Part shown: in pieces, positions 18,706 to 34,523 of the stretch
Numbering within the stretch: the first letter of the stretch is position 1
How the letters are laid out: every line of letters starts with the position of its first letter
NCBI GenBank assembly: GCA_963791045.1
Contig: CAWBQK010000001.1
Location: forward strand, 128,001 to 192,000
DNA length: 64,000 bases
Direction: 5' to 3'
Source: Candidatus Latescibacterota bacterium
Lineage (GTDB): Bacteria > Krumholzibacteriota > Krumholzibacteriia > WVZY01
Notes under the pieces: generated by a model
Seen by the model: only the letters and a program-made list of their open reading frames with translations
Databases searched by the model: none
Told to the model about the DNA's origin: nothing
Made by a program: the position numbers and the translations under genes

Positions 18706-20679
18706 AAGTCGTCTATACGGATTCATTGGTGATTGGTGGCGGACTGGCGGGTCTCCGTACGGCTATCGCCACAAAAATGAGGGGGCTCGACACAATCGTT
18801 CTCTCGTTGATCCCCGCAAAACGTTCGCATTCGGCGGCCGCGCAGGGTGGAATGCAGGCGAGCCTTGCCGCCGCGATCAAGAGCGAGGGTGACAACGAAG
18901 ATGTCCACTTCTCCGACACCGTCAAGGGGAGCGACTGGGGATGCGACCAGGATGTAGCGCGGATGTTTGCGCAGTGCGCACCCAAGGCGGCACGCGAGTT
19001 GTCCGCGTGGGGCGTTCCCTGGACGCGCGTCCGAAGGGGTCCACACCAGGTGATCATCAATGCGGAAAAAGTCACAATCAATGAAAAAGATGAGGCCCAC
19101 GGGCTCATCACAGCCAGGGATTTCGGTGGAACAAAGAATGGCGAACCTGTTACACCGCGGACGGCACCGGACACACAATGCTGTATGCGATGGACAACAA
19201 AGGCAATCGAACTGGGGATCCCCGTCCACGAGCGCAAGGAAGCCATCGCGCTGATCCATGACGGCAAGACAGTGTTACGGCGCCGTGGTCCGCGACCTCA
19301 TCACCGGCGAACTCATCGCTTATGTGTCAAAAGCGACCACCATCGCGACCGGCGGCTACGGCCGGATCTATTCCGTGTCGACAAACGCCGTAATCAGCGA
19401 AGGCATCGGATGCGCGATCGCGCTCGAAACCGGCGTCGCCGCCCTGGGCAACATGGAAGCGGTCCAGTTTCACCCGACGGCAATCGTCCCGGTGGGAATT
19501 CTCACCACCGAAGGATGCCGCGGTGACGGCGGACTGCTCAAGGATGTGGATGGTTACCGGTTCATGCCGGATTACGAACCCGGAAAGAAAGAGCTGGCCT
19601 CGCGTGACGTGGTATCGCGGCGGATGACCGAGCACATGAGAAAAGGCAAGGGTGTCCCGTCGCCATACGGAGGATCACCTCTGGCTCGACATCACCCTTC
19701 TCGGCAAGGAGCACATCGAAAAGAACCTCCGCGAGGTCAAGGAGATCTGCGAATACTTCCTCGGCATCGACCCTGTGACCGAGTACATCCCCGTCCGTCC
19801 CACGCAGCATTATTCCATGGGTGGGATCCGAACCGACCACACCGGTATGAGCCGTCAGCTCGACGGACTTTTCGCCGCGGGCGAGGTGGCATGTTGGGAC
19901 ATGCACGGATTCAACCGGCTTGGCGGCAATTCGGTTGCCGAAACGGTTGTCGCCGGGATGATCGTCGGTGAATTCGTCGCCGACTACTGCGAAGGCGCCG
20001 ACATGTCGACATTCCAACCTCGTTGGTCGAGAGATTTCGTCAAGCGCGAGGAAGCCAAGATCACCGATATTATAAACAGATCGAGCGGCGAAGACGTTTA
20101 CGAACTCAAAGAGGCCATGCAGCAAATCATGATGGACAAGGTCGGGATTTTCCGCAACGGAACCGATCTCGACCCAAGCCGTCGATGAACTCGAGGCGCT
20201 CGTCGCGCGAAGCCGGAATGTCGCGATACAAAACAAGATTCGCTCGTCCAATCCCGAGCTTGTCGATGCGATCCGCGTCCCGATGATGATCAAGCTAGCC
20301 GCTTGTGTCGCGGCGGGCGCATCCGCGCGAACGGAGAGCCGAGGCGCGCACTTCAGAGAAGACTATCCGGAACGAAACGACCGGGACTGGCTCAAACGCA
20401 CCCTGTCGATCTGGAAAAACGAGGGTGACAATCTGCCCGACGCTCGAGTATGACGATCTCGATATCATGAAAATGGAGATGCCGCCGGGCTCGCGCGGTT
20501 ATGGCGGCGCCACAATAATCGATCACCCGGACACCGAAAAAAGGGTCCAGCAGGTCGAAGAAATCAAGAAAGCGAACCCGAACGCCGACCGGTTCGAGAT
20601 CCAGAAGGCGCTTATGCCGTACGATCTTCCCGAAAAATACAGGGGCAAAAACGAGCGGATAGGAGTTGGTTTCGAATGA
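18702..20679 (+). CDS. frdA: Fumarate reductase flavoprotein subunit (about 6 apparent frameshifts)
   Basis: [56 protein letters not shown] and [10 protein letters not shown] found in successive frames; shifts at ~19138, 19200, 19270, 19672, 20173, 20439. Confidence 0.9.
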
Positions 20680-21434
20680 TCCAGGTTAACGAGGGAGAAG
20701 GCAGAAAACTCAAGTTTCACATCTTCAGGTACAACCCGCAAGTCAAGGGTGACAAGCCCCGGATGCGACATATGAAATCACCGAGGCCGTCGGCATGACG
20801 ATCTTTATCGCGATCAACCAGATCCGGGAGAAGTTCGGACCGGTCGATCCAGTTCGATTTTGTGTGCCGTGCGGGTATTTGCGGAAGCTGCGGAATGGTG
20901 ATAAACGGCAAACCGGATCTCGCGTGCCGGACGCTCACATCGAAGTTCAAAGATGGAGAAATCACGCTTCTTCCCCTCCCCGCTTTCGACCTGATCGGCG
21001 ACTTGTCGGTCAACACGGGTAAGTTCAACCGTGCGATCAGCGAACGCGTGGGCACGTGGATACACGATGACGCCGTGGCGAACCCCGATCTCGACAAGCT
21101 CGAAGAACGGATGGACCCCGATCTCGCCGACGAGATTTACGAACTCGACCGCTGTATCGAATGCGGGTGCTGCATCGCCGCGTGCGCGACCAAGCGCATG
21201 CGTGATGATTTCCTCGGAGCGATGGGGTTTATGAAAGTCGCAAGATTTCAGCTCGACTGCCGCGACAAGAGGTCCGACGCCGATTGGTACGAGATTATCG
21301 GCAATGATGACGGTGTATTCGGATGCATGAGTCTCCTTGGCTGCGAGGACAATTGCCCCAAGGATCTCCCGCATCAGACCAAAATCGCGTTTTTGAGGCG
21401 GAAGATGGTCGGCGCGGTGTTTGGTTCAAAGTAA
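20676..21434 (+). CDS. frdB: Fumarate reductase iron-sulfur subunit (2 apparent frameshifts)
   Basis: ATGA overlap with frdA; IFRYNP, FDFVCRAGICGSC, CIECGCC, CMSLLGCEDNCPK; shifts at ~20766 and ~20837. Confidence 0.9.
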
Positions 21435-21517
21435 CCCCGCACCCCACCGGCATAACCCTTCGAATAAGCCCCAACTGAGCATGTTTGGGCTCCCGGTGCT
21501 GTTTTCTAACGATGCGT

Positions 21518-24003
21518 ATGAACTTACTAAAATATCTTGAGCAAATCCGCGGTGCCAGATATACGCTCGCGATCGTGGCAGTTCTCACCATGTTCGGATC
21601 GGTGGCGCTCGCTCAGGAACCTGCCACTCCCCCGTCGGAACAACCCCCGGCGGAGCCATCGATAGTCCCTCCCGCGCAAATCGTCGAGGCCTCGAATAGG
21701 ATATCTGAAGCACTAAACAGTTACCGGCAAGGCCTTGCACCCAGCGACTTCGCAACCGATATTGACTCCCAGATTGTCGCCATCGCCGCCGAGATCGCCG
21801 ACATGAAAATCAAAACCGACTTCTGGCTATCCTCGGATCTGGCGTTGTCCGCACTTGAAGAAATTCAGCGTGAATGGACTCGTCTGGACGACAAACTCGC
21901 TTCGTGGCTGAGGCAGTTCGATTCGAGGATCAACCCGCTGCAGACACAACTTGCGGAAATCGGCGGCGAACGCCAAAAGTGGAAATACACCCTCGGCGCC
22001 GCGGCCGACACCGGGCTTCCCCGTCGCTCGCGGAAAACATAAACGAGGTGCTTGTTCAGCTCAATGAAACACAAGCACTTATCGAAGCTCGCGTTGATGC
22101 CTTGAATCTGGTAAAAAAGAAGGTGAACGATAACAAGGCTCAAACGTCTTCCGCGCTCATAACAGCAAAAGGGGCCGTCCGAAGGGCCCGGTCGGGCGTG
22201 TTCGTCGCCAACAAGCCCCCGATCTGGAAGTTGTTCCGCCAGTCGACTGATGCTTCGGCGCACGCGAATAATCTTGGCGAGTCAGGGCTCTGGGTAGTCG
22301 CTGCTATTAAGAGATTTTACAACCTCTACGAGTTCCGCATTATCTGGCACGTCCTCATATTTATTCTTATTCTCACGGCCATGATCGTGATCCGCATTCG
22401 GAGCGCCAAATGGGATCTCGACCAAACGTCGCGGCAAACCGTCGAGCATGTTTTTAAGCATCCGGTCGCTACTGCATTGTTGATTTCCATTTTCGTGACT
22501 CGGTTAATATACCCCGATGCTCCGTCCGTCATCTTTGAGCTTGCCGCTTTTTTATCGGTCCCAATACTGGCCATTCTCGTCCCACATCTTTTTCCGCGTT
22601 CTTTTTTGAAGTACATCTATGTCTTGTTCGCGGTCGTTGTTTTCTTTCCCATAATTGATCTTTTGGCTGTAGGGAATATTTTAGGCCGCCTGGTTGTTTT
22701 GACGCTCTCGGGCGTTGCGGTATTCATCCTCTCGGCGTGGTCGCGTAAAAGCGGCCCGACGGCCAATCTTACCAATCCGAAGATAAGAGCCCTCATTCTG
22801 GCCGTAGTCAGAATCGGCTCGGCCATTATGTTCATTTCGTTTGCCGCGAACATTATCGGGATGGTCGAACTCGCCAACCTCCTTTTTTTGGGAACACTTG
22901 TTTCAGCATACGTCGCAATCCTCATATTTGTATCGCTTCGAATCATACGTGTTTTTCTGACGGCGTCCGTTAATTCGAATTTCTTCCAGTCGTTTGCGTC
23001 CGTAAGAAAGAATCGCTACCGATTGGTCAGCCGAGGGACAAGCTTATTACGGCTGCTCGGGATCTGTGCGTGGCTCTATTCGTCCCTGCGGTGGTTCGGG
23101 GTTCTGGAGTTCATGACGTCGGGTCTGAAAAACCTGCTTTCAACCCGGTGGACCGTCGGTTCGATGGCGATATCCATCGGCAGCATCGTGGCGTTTTTTG
23201 TCGCGCTGTGGGCATCTGTGCTCGTATCGCGCTTCGTTCGTACGATCCTCAGGGAGGACGTGCTTCCCAGGGCTAGACTTGGCCGCGGGATGCCGGAAAC
23301 GATTTCCCTGATCGTAAACTATGCAATCGTCGCCTTCGGGTTCTTCATCGCGCTCGCCGCTGCGGGAATCGAATTGAGCGAATTCGCGATCGTATTTGGC
23401 GCGTTCGGCGTTGGCATCGGGTTCGGTCTACAAACCATCGTAAACAACTTCATCTCGGGGTTGATCCTAATCTTCGAACGCCCGATCCAGGTGGGTGATA
23501 CGGTGGAGCTGGGAACCGGGGGACTCCTCGGAGTGGTCAGAAACATCGGAATCCGCGCGAGCACGATCCGGACGTTTTCAGGCGCGGAAGTAATCGTCCC
23601 GAACGGCGACCTCGTGGCGGGCCAGGTCACCAACTGGACGCTTTCGGACGTCTACCGGCGAATCGATGTCATCATCGGCGTCGCTTACGGAACGGACCCG
23701 CACAAGGTCATAGAACTCTTGCTCGACGTGGCAAAACAGACCCATGATGTTCTCAAGGAACCGGAACCATCCGTCATCTTCAAGGGATTCGGCGAGAGCT
23801 CACTGGACTTCGAGCTAAGAGCCTGGACGGACTCGGATCAATGGTATGCGCTCAAAAGCGATCTCACAGTGAATGTCCATGACGCGATCGTCACCGCCAG
23901 TATCCATATTCCGTTCCCCCAGCGAGACCTCCACTTTCGCTCGATGGATCCCGGCGCCGGCGAATCGCTCAATCGCATCAAACCGCAAGAAGACCCCGAC
24001 TAA
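21518..24003 (+). CDS. Large mechanosensitive channel, MscS/MscK family (one apparent frameshift at ~22020)
   Basis: Signal peptide and coiled-coil periplasmic part, TM block, GIGFGLQTIVNNFISGLILIFERPIQVGD, NWT, IPFPQRDLH. Confidence 0.88.
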
Positions 24004-24006
24004 GCA

Positions 24007-24426
24007 TCACTCGTAAACGCATACATCGATCCGCTCTATGTAATCGAGATTGGCAAGCGCACGAAGCACCTGTCTGAACTCTATTTGATGGGTGCTCCCG
24101 ATGCAGAGATACTCGGCGCCCGAGCATCCGATTCTCCCCGGCGAGGTTCGATGCACTACAACCGTCGAGTCAATCGCGGCCACCTCTTCCAAGCAAGAGG
24201 GCTTCGCAGGGATACAGAACTCATAGTCCAACGCGCGCCTGCCGTCGGGAGGACCGAAGAGACCGGCATCATCCAGTTGTGACAGATCGAAGGTTATTTT
24301 CTGCATTGTGTCCAAAGAGGGTTCGTCGCCCGTTCCGCTACATCCCGCCAACGCAATACACGAGACCGCCAGGACCATCAACAGAATCTGCCTGCGCAAC
24401 AAACCGTGTGTTCGTTTTGCCTTCAT
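24007..24426 (-). CDS. Hypothetical Cys-containing lipoprotein
   Basis: Lipobox LAGC; YEFCIP...GRIGC...LCIGSTH pattern; GGAG/GAAGG RBS. Confidence 0.7.
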   Translation of the reverse strand: MKAKRTHGLLRRQILLMVLAVSCIALAGCSGTGDEPSLDTMQKITFDLSQLDDAGLFGPPDGRRALDYEFCIPAKPSCLEEVAAIDSTVVVHRTSPGRIGCSGAEYLCIGSTHQIEFRQVLRALANLDYIERIDVCVYE

Positions 24427-24476
24427 CCTTCACTCTCCATGAGCTGCCAGCACTCTCACCGCGCGGGCAGTAAGAA

Positions 24477-24512
24477 CAAAAAACCCCGTCCACTATTAAA
24501 GCAGACGGGGTT
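24477..24512 (-). terminator. Intrinsic terminator after rpmG
   Basis: AACCCCGTC/GACGGGGTT stem followed by a U-tract on the minus strand. Confidence 0.75.
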
Positions 24513-24539
24513 CTGGACCTCAACAAAGTCCGGATAAGT

Positions 24540-24704
24540 CTAGCGTGTTTCTTTATACAAAGCGTGTTTACGTATTACTGGGTCGTATCTTTTCAGTTGA
24601 AGACGATCCGGCGTGTTCCGCTTGTTCTTTGTCGTCGTGAACATATGCGGGCTTTCCGTGCTCTTCATCTTAACTGTTTCGCGGCCACCGGTTTTTTTTG
24701 CCAT
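24540..24704 (-). CDS. rpmG: 50S ribosomal protein L33 (54 aa, no Zn-binding Cys; below the ORF-track cutoff)
   Basis: Hand translation: [54 protein letters not shown]. Confidence 0.95.
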   Translation of the reverse strand: MAKKTGGRETVKMKSTESPHMFTTTKNKRNTPDRLQLKRYDPVIRKHALYKETR

Positions 24705-24735
24705 GATCGAATCGTCCTGTCGTAGGAGCGCTAAT

Positions 24736-24978
24736 CTAGCACTCGATATCCTTGATGGTCAGGCCCTGCTCTTTAAGGAAGGGCATGAGCCCTTTGCGGC
24801 CCACCGTGCGCAATGCAGCGGCGGACAGACGGACGCGCACCGAACGTCCCAGCTCTTCCACAAACAGGCGTTTGCGTTGGAGGTTGGGAAGCTGCCGGCG
24901 TTTCGTCTTGTTATTCGCATGCGAAACGTTGTTGCCCGCCATCGGGCCCTTACCGGTGAGTTTGCACTTCCGAGCCAT
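24736..24978 (-). CDS. rpmB: 50S ribosomal protein L28
   Basis: [34 protein letters not shown]. Confidence 0.96.
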   Translation of the reverse strand: MARKCKLTGKGPMAGNNVSHANNKTKRRQLPNLQRKRLFVEELGRSVRVRLSAAALRTVGRKGLMPFLKEQGLTIKDIEC

Positions 24979-25044
24979 GTCTCAACCTTTCGCGTCGATC
25001 ATATCATGCGCCCCGTTTCGGGAAAACCGTTACGAGACTTTAAA

Positions 25045-25079
25045 GGGAAAGAGCCCGCCTGCGCCAACAGGCGGGCTCT
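25045..25079 (-). terminator. rRNA operon terminator
   Basis: AGAGCCCGCCTG/CAGGCGGGCTCT 12-bp stem right after 5S, followed by U-rich sequence. Confidence 0.8.
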
Positions 25080-25084
25080 CAAAA

Positions 25085-25201
<117 letters not shown>

Positions 25202-25359
25202 AAACTATAATCACTATAATGATAATTGCTACGGTGGGAAAAGGGCAGAGGAAAAGTAAATTATAAAATTATATTCTCTCTGAGACTCCTTTTGACCCAC
25301 CGCGAGTCAAAAATTGACAACTTTGTAGGGCATGAGAACAGACACTTAGTCTTTTAGCT

Positions 25360-28385
<3,026 letters not shown>

Positions 28386-28422
28386 AAAGGCGAAGATATC
28401 TGCTTCTCTTACCCTACAAAAG

Positions 28423-28435
28423 TTGTCAAAGAACG
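28423..28435 (-). promoter_or_regulatory. boxA antitermination element in the ITS
   Basis: CGTTCTTTGACAA upstream of 23S; the adjoining segment pairs with 25314-25330 (processing stalk). Confidence 0.7.
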
Positions 28436-28471
28436 AATCTGGCATCTCTATTGCCAGGATCACTTCTTCAT

Positions 28472-28547
28472 TGGTGGAGATAACCGGGCTCGAACCGGTA
28501 ACCTCCGCCTTGCAAGGCCGGCGCTCTCCCAGTTGAGCTATATCCCC
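28472..28547 (-). tRNA. tRNA-Ala(TGC)
   Basis: GGGGATATAGCTCAACTGGGAGAGCGCCGGCCTTGCAAGGCGG...TTCGAG...TCCACCA, CCA encoded. Confidence 0.97.
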
Positions 28548-28570
28548 GAAGAAGTTCGTTTCCAAGAACC

Positions 28571-28647
<77 letters not shown>

Positions 28648-28807
28648 GATAACCATTATCTCTGGTTCCGGAAAATTCCAGAAACGTTATCGAATAGTGT
28701 GTGAGGAGTTCATTAAACGAGATCTGTCGACCTAGGAGTTTCCTGTAAATCGCGAACGACACGCGTCACGCAAGACACCCAGACCGTGAGCTTACACCGA
28801 CGTAACT

Positions 28808-30372
<1,565 letters not shown>

Positions 30373-30617
30373 TAGAGTTTTAATCATGATCCCAACACAT
30401 CGACCAGCAACCCTCGATCTTAGCGACAAAAAAACCTGCTCACGCGATACGAGATCGACGCGGCAGAGCTTTTAAATGTCGACGAGATCTCAATGAGAAT
30501 TACCAGATCAATTGCTGGGCTTTTTTACAGGGATTGGTTGGCCAACACCGGAGTAAATAAATACTCCAGCACGGACCACAAACCCCGCAAAGTTTGAACT
30601 CCTCACATACTACCGAG

Positions 30618-30630
30618 TTGTCAAAGAACA
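30618..30630 (-). promoter_or_regulatory. boxA in the rRNA leader
   Basis: TGTTCTTTGACAA; the adjacent leader segment 30595-30607 is complementary to ITS ~28699-28712. Confidence 0.7.
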
Positions 30631-30706
30631 TAGAGACAGACCGGTCTAAAACCCCAGTCTGAACCTAAGGAACAATAGCTGTTTCCGTTATTGTTGAGGT
30701 GAGACG

Positions 30707-30735
30707 AATATATCCGTAACCCAAAGATATGTCAA
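30707..30735 (-). promoter_or_regulatory. rRNA operon promoter
   Basis: TTGACA-N17-TATATT with AT-rich upstream (UP-like) sequence. Confidence 0.75.
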
Positions 30736-30958
30736 GCGCTAAAATCCAATTATTTCAGAGTTTTTTGGGCTCCTTTTGTCGATCTTGGTAGAATTATTCC
30801 CATATATCGCACATGCGCCCTCAAGAGCGAATTGCCCAGCGACGCAGCAGCCTAACGACAATAAATACAGTTAGTTATGAAATCACCCAACAGGCATGGG
30901 GGGGTGGGCGGGCAGCTTAGGGGCACCATCAGGACGCCAAGGCCCACGGGAAAGGCCA

Positions 30959-32173
30959 TCAGTCGACACGAACCTTCACAAATCGTCTCTTCCCCACCTT
31001 GATTGTGTATACGGCCCCCGATTCAAGAGTGAGATTCATATCCGTTATCTTCGAACCATTAACACTTACCGCGCCCTGCTTGATCATCCTGCGCGCGTCC
31101 GACGAGCTTTTACACACCCCTGAGTCGGCAATCGCTTTCACAACCCACAATCCTTCCACGCCCGCGGCAATCGTTACCTCGTCGATATCCTCAGGCGTAT
31201 CGTGCTTTACGTGGATGTGATCGAAGTGTGCCTCCGCCTTCGCCGCCGCGTCTTCGTCGTGATACTGCGCCGCGATGTCACGGGCAAGGTCGCGCTTTAT
31301 GTGAGACGGGTTTGTCGACGGATCCTTCAGACGTTCTGTGATCTCCGCGATCTCTTCGGATGATTTCGAACTGACGAGTTCGAAGTACTTCAATATAAGT
31401 CCGTCGGGAATGCTCATCGTCTTGCCGAACATCTCTTCCGGCGTGTCCGTAACCCCGATGTAGTTGCCCAGCGATTTGCTCATCTTTTCAACGCCGTCGG
31501 TTCCTTCCAGCAGCGGCAGGGTCAGAATGACCTGCGGCTCCTGCCCATAGCTCTTTTGGATTTCCCGCGCCATGAGAAGATTGAACATCTGGTCGGTACC
31601 GCCCAACTCGACATCCGCTTTCAACGCGACGGAATCATACCCCTGCGCGAGCGGGTAAACGAACTCCAGGAGACTGATCGGCTTGTTGGCCTTGAAACGC
31701 TTCTCGAAATCATCTCTCTCGAGCATCCGCGCCACGGTCTGCGTGGCCGCAAGTTCGAGCACGTCGACAAAATTGAGTTTCGCCAGCCAGTTGCTGTTAA
31801 ATTCGATAACCGTCTTGTCACGATCGAGAATCATGAACGCCTGTGTCGTGTATGTCTCCGCGTTCTTGACCAGATCCTCCCGCGTCATTCTCACACGGGT
31901 TTCGCTCTTACCGCTCGGATCGCCAATCAAACCGGTAAAATCACCGACGAGAAAAACAACCTTGTGCCCGAGATCCTGGAACTGGCGGAGCTTCCTGAGC
32001 CCAACGGTGTGCCCCAGATGAATGTCGGGGGCTGTCGGGTCGAACCCCTGCTTTATAATAAGAGGCTCGCCCGTCTTCACCGAGCGTTCGAGCTTCTCGA
32101 CAAAAAGGTCTTCGGGAACCAGATCCACCGACCCGCGTTTAATTATTTCGAGCTGCTCCCGTGCCGGTTGCAT
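30959..32173 (-). CDS. tyrS: Tyrosine--tRNA ligase
   Basis: GFDPTAPDIHLGH, IGDPSGK, GGTDQ, KMSKS, C-terminal S4 domain; GGAG RBS before ATG 32173. Confidence 0.97.
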   Translation of the reverse strand: MQPAREQLEIIKRGSVDLVPEDLFVEKLERSVKTGEPLIIKQGFDPTAPDIHLGHTVGLRKLRQFQDLGHKVVFLVGDFTGLIGDPSGKSETRVRMTREDLVKNAETYTTQAFMILDRDKTVIEFNSNWLAKLNFVDVLELAATQTVARMLERDDFEKRFKANKPISLLEFVYPLAQGYDSVALKADVELGGTDQMFNLLMAREIQKSYGQEPQVILTLPLLEGTDGVEKMSKSLGNYIGVTDTPEEMFGKTMSIPDGLILKYFELVSSKSSEEIAEITERLKDPSTNPSHIKRDLARDIAAQYHDEDAAAKAEAHFDHIHVKHDTPEDIDEVTIAAGVEGLWVVKAIADSGVCKSSSDARRMIKQGAVSVNGSKITDMNLTLESGAVYTIKVGKRRFVKVRVD

Positions 32174-32260
32174 ACGTTTCTCCGTCCTGGATTGAACCGA
32201 AACCGCCGGTGAGCCGGGGATTCGATGAAGTAACTCACTTCCATTCGATAAGTTAGCGGA

Positions 32261-32289
32261 AGTATAACAAAGAGGAGGCATCAAGTAAA
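32261..32289 (-). promoter_or_regulatory. Putative tyrS promoter
   Basis: TTTACT-N17-TATACT with extended -10 TG. Confidence 0.55.
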
Positions 32290-32420
32290 GCGCCTACGCC
32301 CCCCCTGGGGCGGACGCCGCTGAAAACTCTTTTCGAATCTTCCAATAATTAGTATGTTTGCTCGGGTTGCGCGGTCGTTGGCAGCGCTTTTGCAACGAAT
32401 CCCCGCGGGACCCAATCGTC

Positions 32421-34523
32421 ATGGAGAAAAAACGAATCGGCATAGTCATACGGGTTACTCTCGTGGTACTCGTGTTCTTCCTCGGTTCTCTCGTGGGAGG
32501 ATACCAGTACTTTGCCCGCGACCTGCCAAGCACCGCGCGACTCGAAAACTTCGAGCCATCGCTTAAGACGAGGGTATTCGCGGCGGACAGCTCTCTCGTC
32601 GGCGAGCTCTACCAGCAGAACCGCGTACTGATTCCTCTCGAACAAATGCCGGTCCACCTCGTTGACGCCATCATATCTGTCGAGGACAGAAAATTCTACT
32701 CGCACTGGGGTGTGGATGTGTTCGGTGTCATGCGCGCCGCGGGGAGCAACCTTCGCGCCGGCCACGTTGTACAGGGCGCCAGCACCATCACCCAACAGCT
32801 CGCTCGCAACCTCTTTACAATGTTCGACGTCTCGATAAGCAGGAAGATCAAGGAGATGATCCTCGCGCTCAAAATCGAGCGGACCTACTCCAAAGATGAA
32901 ATCCTGGAGATGTACCTCAACCAGATCTACTTCGGATCCGGTGCCTACGGTGTCGAAGCGGCCGCGAGGGAATTTTTCGGAAAAAGCGCCACCGACCTCT
33001 CCATCGGTGAAGCGGCACTTATTGCAGGACTCCCCAAAAATCCGCGTGACTACTCGCCGCATTATCATCTCGACAGGGCCGTACAGCGGCGTTCCGTTGT
33101 TCTGGGTTCGATGGTTTCCGACGGCAAACTCGAACCGGCGGTCGCCGATTCGGTGGCGTTGACACCGATAACGATCGGCGAGGCCGCCGTCGGCGATCCG
33201 TTCGCCGCCTATTTTCTCGAACATGTCCGGCAGTATCTCGAGGCGAGATACGGAGCGGACAGGATCTATCACGACGGCCTGCAGGTGTACACCACCCTGG
33301 ATCCATACCTCCAACGTGTCGCGGAGGACAGCCTCGAAGCCCACATGCTGCGGACGGAGAAGGCGCGGCGTTACGATCAAACTCGAGAGAGTTACAATGC
33401 GGCCGTCGAAGCCGGCGAAGAGCCCACCCTCGCGTACGTCCAATCCGCCGCCATCGCGATCGACGTGCAAACCGGCTACATTCGCGTCATGGTCGGCGGA
33501 CGGAGTTTTAAGGACAGCAATTGGAACCGTGCCGTTCAGGCCAGGCGGCAGCCGGGGAGTTCTTTCAAACCATTCATATACCTGGCCGCGCTCGAAAACG
33601 GCTTTTCCCCATCCGACATCATCCTCGACGCGCCCATCGTTCTCGATATGCCCAATGGAGACGTTTACAAGCCCCGCAACTTCAAGGAAAAATTCGAAGG
33701 CGAAATCACCATCCGCCGCGCGCTCAACAAATCAATAAATGTCCCCGCCGTGCGGATATTGCTCTCGCTCGGTCCTCCTGCGGCGATCAGCTGCGCGCAT
33801 CGCCTCGGGATCAAAAGCCCTCTCGACGCCGTGTACTCGCTGGCGCTTGGCACCGAAGAGGTAACGCTACTCGAACTCACAAACGCGTACGCAACGATCG
33901 CGGCGGGCGGTGTGCGCGCAGAACCGGTGTTCGTCAAGCGAGTCTTTGATCGTGACGGAAAACTCCTCGAAGACAACACAGTCTATCGCGAAGAGGTGCT
34001 CAGCCCGCAATCAGCCTTCTTGATTACGAACATGCTCGAAAGCGCAATCAACGAGGGAACGGGGCGCGGCGCCCGCCTGATGGGTTTTGTCGAACCGGCG
34101 GCGGGCAAGACGGGAACGACAAACGATTACACCGACGGTTGGTTCGTCGGTTTCACACCGGAACTCGCGGTCGGCGTATGGACGGGATTTGACGTCAATC
34201 GGTCGATGGGGAGAAACATGACGGGCGCAAGGGCTTCGCTTCCAACGTGGACGGAGATCATGAAAGCGTACTACCGCGATCATCATGGGGAGCCGTTCAA
34301 TGAACCGGAGGGAATCGTCCATCGCGTGGTTTGCGAGAGAACCGGACTCCTCGCCACATCGCACTGCAAGAGGGCGCGCCGCGAGATATTTGTCGAAGGG
34401 ATCGAACCGCGACGCCAGTGCGACCACTGCACTAAGGAATACACTCTGATCCGCGCCGTCCCGAATGTCGACGATTTTGACTCGCTCGACAAGAAACTGA
34501 TGGAAGAAGACGACGACCACTAG
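32421..34523 (+). CDS. Class A penicillin-binding protein (PBP1A family)
   Basis: EDRKFYSH, GASTITQQL, RKIKE, YLNQIYFG (GT51); SSFK, SIN, KTG (transpeptidase). Confidence 0.95.
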   Translation: MEKKRIGIVIRVTLVVLVFFLGSLVGGYQYFARDLPSTARLENFEPSLKTRVFAADSSLVGELYQQNRVLIPLEQMPVHLVDAIISVEDRKFYSHWGVDVFGVMRAAGSNLRAGHVVQGASTITQQLARNLFTMFDVSISRKIKEMILALKIERTYSKDEILEMYLNQIYFGSGAYGVEAAAREFFGKSATDLSIGEAALIAGLPKNPRDYSPHYHLDRAVQRRSVVLGSMVSDGKLEPAVADSVALTPITIGEAAVGDPFAAYFLEHVRQYLEARYGADRIYHDGLQVYTTLDPYLQRVAEDSLEAHMLRTEKARRYDQTRESYNAAVEAGEEPTLAYVQSAAIAIDVQTGYIRVMVGGRSFKDSNWNRAVQARRQPGSSFKPFIYLAALENGFSPSDIILDAPIVLDMPNGDVYKPRNFKEKFEGEITIRRALNKSINVPAVRILLSLGPPAAISCAHRLGIKSPLDAVYSLALGTEEVTLLELTNAYATIAAGGVRAEPVFVKRVFDRDGKLLEDNTVYREEVLSPQSAFLITNMLESAINEGTGRGARLMGFVEPAAGKTGTTNDYTDGWFVGFTPELAVGVWTGFDVNRSMGRNMTGARASLPTWTEIMKAYYRDHHGEPFNEPEGIVHRVVCERTGLLATSHCKRARREIFVEGIEPRRQCDHCTKEYTLIRAVPNVDDFDSLDKKLMEEDDDH

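Noticed and set aside
18702-21434. Programmed frameshifting or pseudogene status for frdAB
   Set aside because: No slippery heptamers, shifts go in both directions and motifs are intact; sequencing error is more parsimonious
22020-23060. Lower-GC stretch as a foreign insertion
   Set aside because: It lies within the MscS transmembrane block (Ile/Phe/Leu codons); no boundary repeats or mobility genes
32174-32260. T-box riboswitch upstream of tyrS
   Set aside because: The predicted leader is only ~80 nt and lacks the T-box AGGGTGGNACCGCG sequence
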